Positions 8,879 through 17,636 of a DNA stretch of 64,000 bases are shown here, piece after piece. The translations under genes were made by a program, and so were the position numbers. The stretch lies in IMG/VR virus record IMGVR_UViG_3300042363_001486; one strand, 5' to 3'. Source of the stretch: a virus (lineage: Duplodnaviria > Caudoviricetes). The notes under the pieces are model-generated. The model was not told the DNA's origin. It ran no database searches and saw only the letters and a program-made list of their open reading frames with translations. How positions within the stretch are numbered: position 1 is the stretch's first letter; every line of letters begins with the position of its first letter.

Positions 8879-9669
8879 TAATTTTTTAATTCAACCAACA
8901 TAGTATCATAATCTGGTATGCCAAAATCACCTTCGCAGCGAGTATCGATCAATACTTTGTTTACAGTTTTTGATCCTTGTGTTTGAATAATTTGTTTATC
9001 CAATTTATAAATTTTGTTGATCTTGCACAACAAATCGTATTTGTTGATTTGATTTTTATTACTAACCAGATGATATATGCCTGCAATTGTAGGATTGTTG
9101 ATATACTGATTGATACATTTTGCCAACTGCAATGTAGTGATACCGTTCCACCAAGCATTGTCCCATCCTGGTAGCTGTGCAGCACCGTTTGTTAGAACCC
9201 AATTAAGTAGCCCGGTTCCGTTTTTCAGTTCTGGACCAATGATACTCATTCTAAAAGTAATATCTTTGTTGTTGTTTATTTCACCTAGACTCTTGCTACG
9301 ACCGTAAGCATTGGTCTCAGTATGTGTGTCTGATTCAACATAATTGCCACGTAGTCCGTCAAAAACACAGTCAGTTGATAAATGTATTAAACGTGTGTTT
9401 GTATTCTGTAGACGATAAGCACAGTATTGAGGCCACCAGGAATTAATAACAGCAGCCCGGTCTGGTCGATCTAAACAATCTTTTACCAATAAACCAACAG
9501 CATTGATTAAAAAATCTGCGTCTAACGAATCAAAAAAACTGTCAGCTGAATTTTTCTCGATATCAAGTTGTGTTCTATCAATAGCTGTAACTGTGTGACC
9601 ACAATGTTTTAGATAATCTGTTATCATGTGTCCAGCCATACCGTTGCTGCCAATTACAGTTATTTTCAT
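8860..9669 (-). CDS. RmlD-like NDP-4-keto-6-deoxysugar reductase (extended SDR)
   Basis: GSNGMAG Rossmann motif, HLSTDCVFDG, YGRSK catalytic YxxxK. Confidence 0.85.
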   Translation of the reverse strand: MKITVIGSNGMAGHMITDYLKHCGHTVTAIDRTQLDIEKNSADSFFDSLDADFLINAVGLLVKDCLDRPDRAAVINSWWPQYCAYRLQNTNTRLIHLSTDCVFDGLRGNYVESDTHTETNAYGRSKSLGEINNNKDITFRMSIIGPELKNGTGLLNWVLTNGAAQLPGWDNAWWNGITTLQLAKCINQYINNPTIAGIYHLVSNKNQINKYDLLCKINKIYKLDKQIIQTQGSKTVNKVLIDTRCEGDFGIPDYDTMLVELKNYQIGKL

Positions 9670-10649
9670 ATAAAGTTACCTTTCTTTAACATTTCTTTAA
9701 TTTCTTTTTTGTTCATAATAGTTGTTTTAGATGAAAACTCAGCGTGCGGAAATGCCGGACAGTCTTGATAACGAACAGCCAAGGCTTGACTGTAGTTGCT
9801 GGGCAATGTCAAAAAATAATTGTCATCGTAGCAGTACGATAGCTTAGACTCATGATGAGATATTAACATTTCGTCTAGTTTTTCTCCGGGTCTCATACCA
9901 GTTTCTTTAATTTCAACTTTTCCGTATACATCCATGAGAACTTCTGCTAAATCTTTGATGTAGCAAGCTGGCATGTTCATCACAAATGTTTCTCCGCCAA
10001 TACTATCAATGCTGGCTTTAAACAGTAATTGAATAGCTTCTTCCAAGGTCAAGAAAAATCTAGTCATGTTTTGATCTGTTAGTGTTATAGGACCACCAGA
10101 CTTAATTTGCTCAATAAAATAAGGAATAACTGATCCGCTCGAACCCATAACATTACCACCGCGAATACATACAAATTTGGTATAGTCTGTGAGATCGTTG
10201 GCCTGTACAATAATTTTTTCTCCCACTGCTTTGGTCATACCATAAAGATTGATCGGTTCCACTGCCTTGTCGCTAGAAACATCAATGACTTTTCGAACTC
10301 GATTTTCAATTGCAGCGTTTACAATATTTGTTGTGCCTGTAATATTTGTTTTGATTGTTTCCTGTACATTTTCTTCGCAAACAGGAACATGCTTGAGAGC
10401 CGCCAAGTGGAAGATATAATCTATTTGTTTTGTTGCTATTCTAACGGCTTCGTAATCTCTAATGTCTCCAATCACAAATTTAAGTTTGGGATTATTAAAA
10501 CGACGCTTCATCAGCACTTGTTGTAATTCTCCTCTGCTGAAGCATATAATCTCTTCGACATTGTACTTGTTTAGCAACATAGTGATTAGGGTTTGACCCC
10601 ATGATCCTGTTGCACCACTAACAAAAATTCTTGATCCGTCAAACATCAT
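9666..10649 (-). CDS. UDP-GlcNAc 4,6-dehydratase (FnlA/PseB/CapD family)
   Basis: GATGSWG, HLAALKHVP, SDKA, YGMTK, GNVMGSSGSV, MTRF, RPGEKL. Confidence 0.9.
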   Translation of the reverse strand: MMFDGSRIFVSGATGSWGQTLITMLLNKYNVEEIICFSRGELQQVLMKRRFNNPKLKFVIGDIRDYEAVRIATKQIDYIFHLAALKHVPVCEENVQETIKTNITGTTNIVNAAIENRVRKVIDVSSDKAVEPINLYGMTKAVGEKIIVQANDLTDYTKFVCIRGGNVMGSSGSVIPYFIEQIKSGGPITLTDQNMTRFFLTLEEAIQLLFKASIDSIGGETFVMNMPACYIKDLAEVLMDVYGKVEIKETGMRPGEKLDEMLISHHESKLSYCYDDNYFLTLPSNYSQALAVRYQDCPAFPHAEFSSKTTIMNKKEIKEMLKKGNFI

Positions 10650-11199
10650 AATCCTTTAGCAGACTGATTATTTCTTCATCTGAATATAATTTTACAGATT
10701 CAATAAATTGCATGAACTCTTCGTACGATACTGCAGCATATGATTTAGGTGGCTGAATTTTCTTGGCTGGCATGCGTATCAGAGTAAATCCAAAGTTATT
10801 GTTCATTGGATAGATTTCAAAATTTGTCTCTTTGAGCATGTAATACAAAATTTTATAAGAATCAGAACAAAATTTAGCGGCTGTATATTTCAGCGACGGC
10901 GGTATCATGTCATGCAGTAATATCCAATCCGTAGCATAATCGATTGAATTATTGAAATCTCGTAATACGTATTCGTAGTCGTGGCAGGCATCGATGAATA
11001 CAATGTTAAACTTTTTATCAGGTGTCAAGCTGGCAAAATATTCATCTGTTGTTCCGTTAAACATAGCATCGCCGTTGATGTCTACTGACATTTTAGTCTT
11101 GGCGTTTATTTTGTTGAAATTAATGTTGTCTCTTACACCCAGTTCCAAATAAGAACATTGTTGTATATTTTTTAAATTGTTAATTATTTCACTACTCAT
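10639..11199 (-). CDS. Class I SAM-dependent methyltransferase
   Basis: YLELGV, FIDACH and LHD motifs. Confidence 0.75.
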   Translation of the reverse strand: MSSEIINNLKNIQQCSYLELGVRDNINFNKINAKTKMSVDINGDAMFNGTTDEYFASLTPDKKFNIVFIDACHDYEYVLRDFNNSIDYATDWILLHDMIPPSLKYTAAKFCSDSYKILYYMLKETNFEIYPMNNNFGFTLIRMPAKKIQPPKSYAAVSYEEFMQFIESVKLYSDEEIISLLKDYDV

Positions 11200-11214
11200 A
11201 TTATTCCTTTGATG

Positions 11215-11853
11215 TTATTTAACTATTGGATATTGTGTGTATTTTTTTACCTTGTTCGTCAATATTACACTCTGATTCCAAGACAAGAATTTAGTCGGAA
11301 CGCAAGGACCTAAATTGTATTGGTATTGTTCTTCCTGAAGATTTCGTTTTACTATACCAGTTTCGGCAACGTTGCCCCATTTGTTGACAAAGTGTCCTTG
11401 TGCAAGATTGTAATTCCATCCAGACTGGCTTTTAGTATAAGGTATTTCGTGTGTGATATACACTCCCAGGTCTGCTTCCTTGAGTCTTATATAGAAATCA
11501 TCGTCCTCAAATCCTCCGCCAACAAAACGTTCGTCAAACATGCCTATTTTTCTCAGTAGTTGTTTTTTGAACCCAAAAAATGCCAAGCGGTAGAATGCTA
11601 CCATTGCGTAACCTTGATCCAACAATTTAAGCAATCTAACTACATCGTTGTTGGTGGGCATGACTTTGTCTGACATCAAGATCACGGTTTCAGAATCTGC
11701 TGACACCACACACGAATTTACCAGTTGAGAGAAGCTGGGATATCCTGTGCCGTCGAAGTATTTCACTGATTCTGGCAGAATATTTTTCTGTATTGGTTCA
11801 AACAGATGAGGACGATTTGATATTACAAAACTGTTATGATTTATCAATTTCAT
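11215..11853 (-). CDS. GT2-like glycosyltransferase
   Basis: IGMFDERFVGGGFEDDDF motif. Confidence 0.7.
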   Translation of the reverse strand: MKLINHNSFVISNRPHLFEPIQKNILPESVKYFDGTGYPSFSQLVNSCVVSADSETVILMSDKVMPTNNDVVRLLKLLDQGYAMVAFYRLAFFGFKKQLLRKIGMFDERFVGGGFEDDDFYIRLKEADLGVYITHEIPYTKSQSGWNYNLAQGHFVNKWGNVAETGIVKRNLQEEQYQYNLGPCVPTKFLSWNQSVILTNKVKKYTQYPIVK

Positions 11854-12520
11854 TCCAATAGCTTGTCCTTGTCAAACTTTTCTTTATACCTTTACCAACC
11901 AATGCAGTACCCATAATGTAATTGTGTATTTCGATTGTTACATGATGCTGATTAATTGCATTATCCGCCGGAAGATAAGTGTTGGCATAAATTTCAACCA
12001 GCTTTCTTGCTGCATGAGGCTTTAATGCATATCCGCAACAACCGGGCATGCTGGAATTCTTATAAGGCATTGCTTCAGGTGTGCCAATTGGATTATTGAG
12101 ATAATCCAAGTATCTTTCACTTTTTTTTGGATGACCCAGTGCCACAACCAACACATCTTTCCAGTCCACTGGAATGTAGGGTCTTGTTAATACAATATCA
12201 TCTTCCCAGATAAAGATAGGTTGATCAAGATCAGAACACTTTTCCCAAAGTCTATAGTGACTTAAAAAACATCCACGAACTCCAGGAGATGATATTTTTC
12301 CATTGTTTTGATACGTTGCATCACTGTCAGTACTGGGTCCTTTGATTCCAAAAGGATGTATTGTACGCCCTTGATCTTCCATTATATCAACTGCGTCATT
12401 GCCGTATGTTCCTTCAAATAATTCAGCCACCATGTCAAAACTTTCAAGTTGTTTTTTTAAATTTGTAGCAGTGGTCAATGACGCTGGAATTTTTGAGAGA
12501 CAGATTATATAACTATTCAT
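11834..12520 (-). CDS. GT25-family glycosyltransferase
   Basis: YIICL, GCFLSHYRLW, WEDD, GYALKPHAARKL, PAD motifs; start placed at an ATGA overlap. Confidence 0.8.
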   Translation of the reverse strand: MNSYIICLSKIPASLTTATNLKKQLESFDMVAELFEGTYGNDAVDIMEDQGRTIHPFGIKGPSTDSDATYQNNGKISSPGVRGCFLSHYRLWEKCSDLDQPIFIWEDDIVLTRPYIPVDWKDVLVVALGHPKKSERYLDYLNNPIGTPEAMPYKNSSMPGCCGYALKPHAARKLVEIYANTYLPADNAINQHHVTIEIHNYIMGTALVGKGIKKSLTRTSYWNEIDKS

Positions 12521-13338
12521 TGCCAATAAGCCTCTGTTCTTTTAACCTTTAAGTCTTTAGGTAAACTACGCTGAGACTGTTTTCGGTCTCCTTTGAGATG
12601 ATCAAGGTACGCTCCCCATTCTGAATTGATCAAAGGATGTCCTTCGCCTGTAATTAGTCCTTCGCTCCAATTTAGTTGCCGCCAGCTTGATTGTTTGTCA
12701 GCGATTTCTTGGCGTATCTGATCAAATACCCAACTATCGTGCCACTCCGACATGGTAAAAATACCTTGCTCGGCATAATCGTAAACGCCTTGAAAAAGTT
12801 CAACAAATTCTTTGGTTACCGGACTTGCAAGATTTAACGCATACAGACCGCACTCAGTGTACTTGTTTTTACGTCCTAAAAATGCAATATCAACTGAATC
12901 CGGTATTAATCTATTTAATGTTGTTGTATCAACAGGACTATGACATACTGTATCTGCATCCATCCATAATAATATGCCGTTGATTTTTCTAGCCAAATCA
13001 CACACAGCATATACCTTATGACTGAATCTTACCGCGTCCCACTTGAATCCTATACCTTGCTGTTTGCCTTTGCGATCTGGTGGTCCCATTGCCAGGCGGC
13101 CAGTAGCTCGTAAATCGTTGCTCCAGCGTTGCTTGAATTCTGTTAGAGCTGGTACAGCAGTTTCGTAATCGATGATGTGTAAATTTGGTGCTGTTTGAAT
13201 CACTGAACAATTTTCAGCATACACATAAAGATCCACTGAACTGGGCCAGTTTTTTAAAAAAGTGTCAATCATTCTGCTACCGTATTGATCATAGCCGGCT
13301 TGATGAAATGTAGTGACGACAGAGATTTTACGAGACAT
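12517..13338 (-). CDS. GT-A nucleotide-diphospho-sugar transferase
   Basis: RFSHKV, WMDADT DxD, EWHDSW, HLKG; AAGGA RBS before ATG 13338. Confidence 0.7.
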   Translation of the reverse strand: MSRKISVVTTFHQAGYDQYGSRMIDTFLKNWPSSVDLYVYAENCSVIQTAPNLHIIDYETAVPALTEFKQRWSNDLRATGRLAMGPPDRKGKQQGIGFKWDAVRFSHKVYAVCDLARKINGILLWMDADTVCHSPVDTTTLNRLIPDSVDIAFLGRKNKYTECGLYALNLASPVTKEFVELFQGVYDYAEQGIFTMSEWHDSWVFDQIRQEIADKQSSWRQLNWSEGLITGEGHPLINSEWGAYLDHLKGDRKQSQRSLPKDLKVKRTEAYWQ

Positions 13339-13377
13339 CGTATTCCTTATAATTAACAATGTAGATTATTTAACCAT

Positions 13378-14220
13378 ATGAAAATTTCTCTGTTTAATAA
13401 GTTCGGTGCTCTCAACAGTATTCCTGTTTTTTCAGCGTTTCAGCAGGGACTTGAAAGCATGAATTTAAATTATAACTTTCACGATATGTCTGCAGATGTA
13501 GCAGTAATCTGGAGCATGGTTTGGGCTGGACGCATGCAGTCAAATCAGACCGTATGGCAACAGTTTAGATCTTCTGGGCGTCCAGTTATAGTATTAGAAG
13601 TAGGCATGTTGAATCGAGGGCATACATGGAAAATAGGATTAAATGGCATCAGTAAAGGCTGTTATTACGATAAAGATCTCGATACCAACCGACCATCAGA
13701 TCTAGGAATTGAATTAATGCCGTGGAAACAATCTGGTCAAAATATAGTGATAGCAGTGCAAAGGCACGACAGCGAACAATGGCACGGTCAACCTAGCATC
13801 AATACCTGGCTAAACGACACTGTTAGCACTGTTAGAAAATATACAGATCGTCCCATTGCTGTAAGATCTCATCCGCGTCAACCAGTATCTATTCCAACAG
13901 GATGTATAAGAGAAATGCCATCCAAGATCGAAGGCAGTTACGACAGTTATAACTTTGCCGAAAGTTTAAGTAATACTTGGGCAGTAATTAATCACAACTC
14001 TGGTCCTGGTAGTCAGTCTGTAATTGCAGGAGTTCCAGCATTTGTTTCTGCTGACAGTTTAGCAGTACCCGTTGCATGCACTGATCTAAAACAAATAGAA
14101 AATCCATTGCGGCCAGATCGATCGCAATGGATTGTAGAAGTTTGTCATACAGAATGGACTTTGGCAGAAATTGCCGACGGTCGGCCTTTAGAAAGATTAT
14201 TAGTTGGTCTTGCTCAATAG
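13378..14220 (+). CDS. KpsS/KpsC-like glycosyltransferase, paralogue 5
   Basis: IVLEVG, IAVQR, TDRPIAVRSHP, NHNSGPGSQSVIAGVP. Confidence 0.65.
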   Translation: MKISLFNKFGALNSIPVFSAFQQGLESMNLNYNFHDMSADVAVIWSMVWAGRMQSNQTVWQQFRSSGRPVIVLEVGMLNRGHTWKIGLNGISKGCYYDKDLDTNRPSDLGIELMPWKQSGQNIVIAVQRHDSEQWHGQPSINTWLNDTVSTVRKYTDRPIAVRSHPRQPVSIPTGCIREMPSKIEGSYDSYNFAESLSNTWAVINHNSGPGSQSVIAGVPAFVSADSLAVPVACTDLKQIENPLRPDRSQWIVEVCHTEWTLAEIADGRPLERLLVGLAQ

Positions 14221-14466
14221 GTAAAATTCTTTGGCCTGATTTAACAATTCTCTCAGCCCTTGATTGTGTTGAGCGGAACGTATAATCTCTGCCCATAATT
14301 TATCGTCACGTATATGATCAATCAAAGGGCGTCCATCAGCAGTGCGAGAATCATAATCCCAGCCTACTTCAGTACGTGTACTGGGATCTGCTCCAACTTC
14401 TCTAGCATACACTGTGCCTGCATTGCGCTCGTATACATAGGTTGTTCCCGATTTAAGTGTTCCCAT
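14200..14466 (-). CDS. Small hypothetical phage protein
   Basis: Likely ATG at 14466 (MGTLKSG...), overlapping the upstream cupin gene. Confidence 0.6.
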   Translation of the reverse strand: MGTLKSGTTYVYERNAGTVYAREVGADPSTRTEVGWDYDSRTADGRPLIDHIRDDKLWAEIIRSAQHNQGLRELLNQAKEFYLLSKTN

Positions 14467-14812
14467 CTTTGTTGTATCCCACAGTTTCACGTTCAATGTC
14501 ATCGTGATCAAATTCAGCCCAGTACAATTCAAATGCTACTGTGTCTTCCAGTGCTTCGAATTGGTGATATTCGCCTGGTGCTACTCGTGTATACTGGCCA
14601 TCACGTATGACAGTTTCGTCCACAAGATCGTAGTTGTTTTTCCACACACGAATCAGCAAGGCACCTTTTTCCACAAAGAAACCGTTCCATTTATACCGGT
14701 GACGATGTTTGCTGCACACTCCGCCGGCTATGGCTTCGATTCTGTGAAATTCCAGCACGCCATTGGCTTCCAACAGTTCTGTTTTCCCCCACACTTTACC
14801 GCTTACCATCAT
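14453..14812 (-). CDS. Cupin-domain protein
   Basis: GKVWG, CSKHRH and PGEYHQF cupin motifs. Confidence 0.75.
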   Translation of the reverse strand: MMVSGKVWGKTELLEANGVLEFHRIEAIAGGVCSKHRHRYKWNGFFVEKGALLIRVWKNNYDLVDETVIRDGQYTRVAPGEYHQFEALEDTVAFELYWAEFDHDDIERETVGYNKDGNT

Positions 14813-15045
14813 AATGTTCCTTTAAGTTTTGCCATGAGATATTGATTTTTATCAATCCAGTGATGTTCAAATACTGGCTCTCCGGGACCAAGCCACATAG
14901 CTGTACCTTTATAGGCTTTAGTCAGCCACAACCAACGACCGCTTATACAACAACGTTGCGGCCACCAAACAAACTTTACATACCAAATAGCACGATTAGC
15001 GAAATCATCGTTACGGTACATAAAGTTGTCTAAGGGCATGAGCAT
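14809..15045 (-). CDS. Small Trp-rich hypothetical protein
   Basis: Fills the gap between two minus-strand genes; start uncertain. Confidence 0.5.
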   Translation of the reverse strand: MLMPLDNFMYRNDDFANRAIWYVKFVWWPQRCCISGRWLWLTKAYKGTAMWLGPGEPVFEHHWIDKNQYLMAKLKGTL

Positions 15046-15047
15046 AT

Positions 15048-15803
15048 TTAATGTTGAGAGAATGCGGATAAACTTTTGTCCAACCACGGTAATACTAAAT
15101 CTCGTTGACGCACGTACCCATGTTTTTGTACCGACGCTGCTGCAGATGCTGGCAGTAACTCAAGATCTCTAAGCGTATACCATGAAGTTTTTCGTGGATC
15201 TAGAGGTTTGACTTGGCTTTTATAAACTACTGCATGCAACCAGTTATCTGCAGGATCTTTTCGAAAAAATCCGCCAGAGCAGTCAAAGCCTGACACAGCT
15301 AACATGTGTATTAACGAAACCATAGTCCAATGATAATAGCAATAATCTCGCTGATCGTAAGCTTGAACATTAAATTCTATATTGGTAGTCTGCGGTAAAA
15401 TCAACACTAACATACCATCTTCGTTCATTACTTGCCACCAGTTTGCTAGAGTTTCAAACGGATTGATTACATATTGAAAGGCGTTGTGGCACCAAACAAC
15501 ATCAAACTTACGTTTGTGAACAGCAATAGGTTTTTCAAAATCCTGCGACAGATATTGTATATTTTTGTGTTTGTGAGCAATCGGTAATGATTCAACTAGG
15601 TCAATACCTGTGCAACGTATATTTAATGGAGTTTGGCTCTCATCTCTGGTAGTTCTGGTGGCCCACCATTCTAAATCTCTACCTACACCGCAGCCCATAT
15701 CTGCTAGAGTTGCAATGCTCTGCATAAAATCATCATACTCATATAAAGCATCGAGCGTTTGCAAACTATGTTTATGACTAAGATCAGGTGAAGAAAAAGT
15801 CAT
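15048..15803 (-). CDS. SAM-dependent methyltransferase
   Basis: ADMGCGVG motif I, FDVVWCH. Confidence 0.8.
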   Translation of the reverse strand: MTFSSPDLSHKHSLQTLDALYEYDDFMQSIATLADMGCGVGRDLEWWATRTTRDESQTPLNIRCTGIDLVESLPIAHKHKNIQYLSQDFEKPIAVHKRKFDVVWCHNAFQYVINPFETLANWWQVMNEDGMLVLILPQTTNIEFNVQAYDQRDYCYYHWTMVSLIHMLAVSGFDCSGGFFRKDPADNWLHAVVYKSQVKPLDPRKTSWYTLRDLELLPASAAASVQKHGYVRQRDLVLPWLDKSLSAFSQH

Positions 15804-16252
15804 ACTTGCACATCTTCCATGCCAGCAGTTCGTAATCTAACAATGTGTCCTGACATCCATTGTTTAGACTCTAAACCTTTCATTACTCCCAACCATTTGT
15901 TACGTAATAGTGCTACTTCGTTGATGATGGTTTCAAAGTCAATGACTTCGTCTTCACCATCCACATACTTTTCAGCATCCCTGCTGGTTAACGCACGAGC
16001 ATAAGCTTCTAAGTATTTTTGAAAATGTCTGCGTCTTATTTTTCGCAACTGAATATTAAGAAAATTAAGCACTGCTTCAATTTCTTGTAATTGGTTATAA
16101 CGATGTTCAGTTAGTCCGGGCAATTCTTTAATATTACGCTCAACGTTTCCAGCAAGTTTGCAGTCTTTCTTGGCATCCTGTAACTCATTTTCGTAATAGG
16201 CTATGAAGTCAGGAATTTTGCCAAGATCAGAAACTACACGATTATACCACAT
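15800..16252 (-). CDS. uvsY: UvsY-like recombination mediator
   Basis: Helical 150 aa with LTSRDAEKYVDGE; downstream of uvsX. Confidence 0.7.
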   Translation of the reverse strand: MWYNRVVSDLGKIPDFIAYYENELQDAKKDCKLAGNVERNIKELPGLTEHRYNQLQEIEAVLNFLNIQLRKIRRRHFQKYLEAYARALTSRDAEKYVDGEDEVIDFETIINEVALLRNKWLGVMKGLESKQWMSGHIVRLRTAGMEDVQV

Positions 16253-16254
16253 TG

Positions 16255-16512
16255 TTAATAATCTTCATCATCGTCGTCGATGTCATCATATTCTTCCTCG
16301 TATTCTTCGTCGTCGTCGGTACGATCGTCGAGATATACTTCAATTGCTCGCTTGACTTCGGCATCTCCTTTAAACGCTAAACGAATCTCTTCGGCATCCA
16401 TGTCGTTGTCGATTAATAGATTAACCATTGAGTCAGCTGCTTCGGTCCGATCAGCACCACCAATAAAACGTTTGAGTTCATTCCAAAGGTCATATGCTAA
16501 ATTTACTGACAT
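16255..16512 (-). CDS. Small highly acidic hypothetical protein
   Basis: 85 aa with D/E/Y-rich tail, between uvsX and uvsY. Confidence 0.75.
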   Translation of the reverse strand: MSVNLAYDLWNELKRFIGGADRTEAADSMVNLLIDNDMDAEEIRLAFKGDAEVKRAIEVYLDDRTDDDEEYEEEYDDIDDDDEDY

Positions 16513-17577
16513 TTACACTTCTCCTTCTGATTCTGTGTCGGGTGTACTTACCTCAGACGGCTGCCGTGTAAAATCTTGCATGACAGCGTCCAGGCATCCG
16601 CCTTCGTTGCTTTCCCAGGCCTTGCGGAATTGTTTGATAACTTCACCGTCGGCAGTGGTAAAAGCCAAACGATTGCCATCTTTCTTTAGCAAGCCACGCT
16701 TTTCAGCCAAGTCCACTAGACCCGAATAAGGATTCATGCCTGTTTCGTACGGAATCTTGACCTGGACACCTTCAAACGGTTTAGCATAGCGTGTTTTCAT
16801 GACCTTGCAAGCAGCTCGAATACCCATGACATCAGAGATCTTGTTGCCATCCTCATCTTCTTTTAGCTTGAGCTTTTTCATTGCAATCACAATGCTTGAC
16901 GCATAGATAAAGCCTTGTCCACCTGAAATTTTGTCATCGGGGTCAAACATATCCTGACTTGCGTAAGTGTGGTTAGTACAGACCATGCCCACGTTGTAAC
17001 TTCCAAACATGTTGACACAATTACGAACCAAAGCTGTGAGTGCTTTTGGCTTTCGACCCAAGTCGCCTTTCATTTCCCCTGCTTCGAACTGATTTACATC
17101 AGTAGGAGTTAACAACATACCCAATGAATCAATAACAAACAAGACCTTAGGACGTTCTCCGTCTGGCAAACTCTTGTACTCGCTCATGAATGTAGCAATG
17201 GTTTTTGCCACATCGTCAATCATGGCCATACTCAATTTCAGCAACTTGTCTGGGCTGGTATCTACGCCCAGGGCCTGCATCCAAGACTCGTCCAATGCGT
17301 TTTCACTGTCAACCAACACAACAAAGATACCTTGCTCTTGTGCGTTTTTGATAATGTTACCGCTGCAGAAATAACTCTTGCCTGCACCGGACTCTCCTGC
17401 AAATACTGTGACCTTGCCCAGTGGTACACCTTTGTTAAAGTCACCGGAGATCAAGTAGTTGAGTGCATAGTTACCGGTTGAGATCCAGTCAGTAGGATCA
17501 TTAAATCCGATGCTGAGACCATCAATGCTTTTTGTGATTTCCTTGCGGAATTTGCTTACGTCAAATGGTTTTGCCAT
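16513..17577 (-). CDS. uvsX: UvsX/RecA-like recombinase
   Basis: Walker A GESGAGKS, DSENA, VIDSLG, NHTY, SGGQG. Confidence 0.92.
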   Translation of the reverse strand: MAKPFDVSKFRKEITKSIDGLSIGFNDPTDWISTGNYALNYLISGDFNKGVPLGKVTVFAGESGAGKSYFCSGNIIKNAQEQGIFVVLVDSENALDESWMQALGVDTSPDKLLKLSMAMIDDVAKTIATFMSEYKSLPDGERPKVLFVIDSLGMLLTPTDVNQFEAGEMKGDLGRKPKALTALVRNCVNMFGSYNVGMVCTNHTYASQDMFDPDDKISGGQGFIYASSIVIAMKKLKLKEDEDGNKISDVMGIRAACKVMKTRYAKPFEGVQVKIPYETGMNPYSGLVDLAEKRGLLKKDGNRLAFTTADGEVIKQFRKAWESNEGGCLDAVMQDFTRQPSEVSTPDTESEGEV

Positions 17578-17607
17578 GATATTTCCTTAAATTGAAGCTT
17601 GTGTTAT

Positions 17608-17636
17608 ATTTTACAATAAATTTAGACTAAGGTCAA
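17608..17636 (-). promoter_or_regulatory. Sigma70-type promoter of uvsX, TTGACC-17-TAAAAT
   Basis: 17-nt spacing, upstream of AAGGA RBS. Confidence 0.7.

Noticed and set aside
2435-15803. Bacterial capsule/O-antigen locus (host DNA or chimeric assembly)
   Set aside because: No wzx/wzy/ABC export genes, phage late motifs upstream, and tight gene overlaps running into uvsY-uvsX
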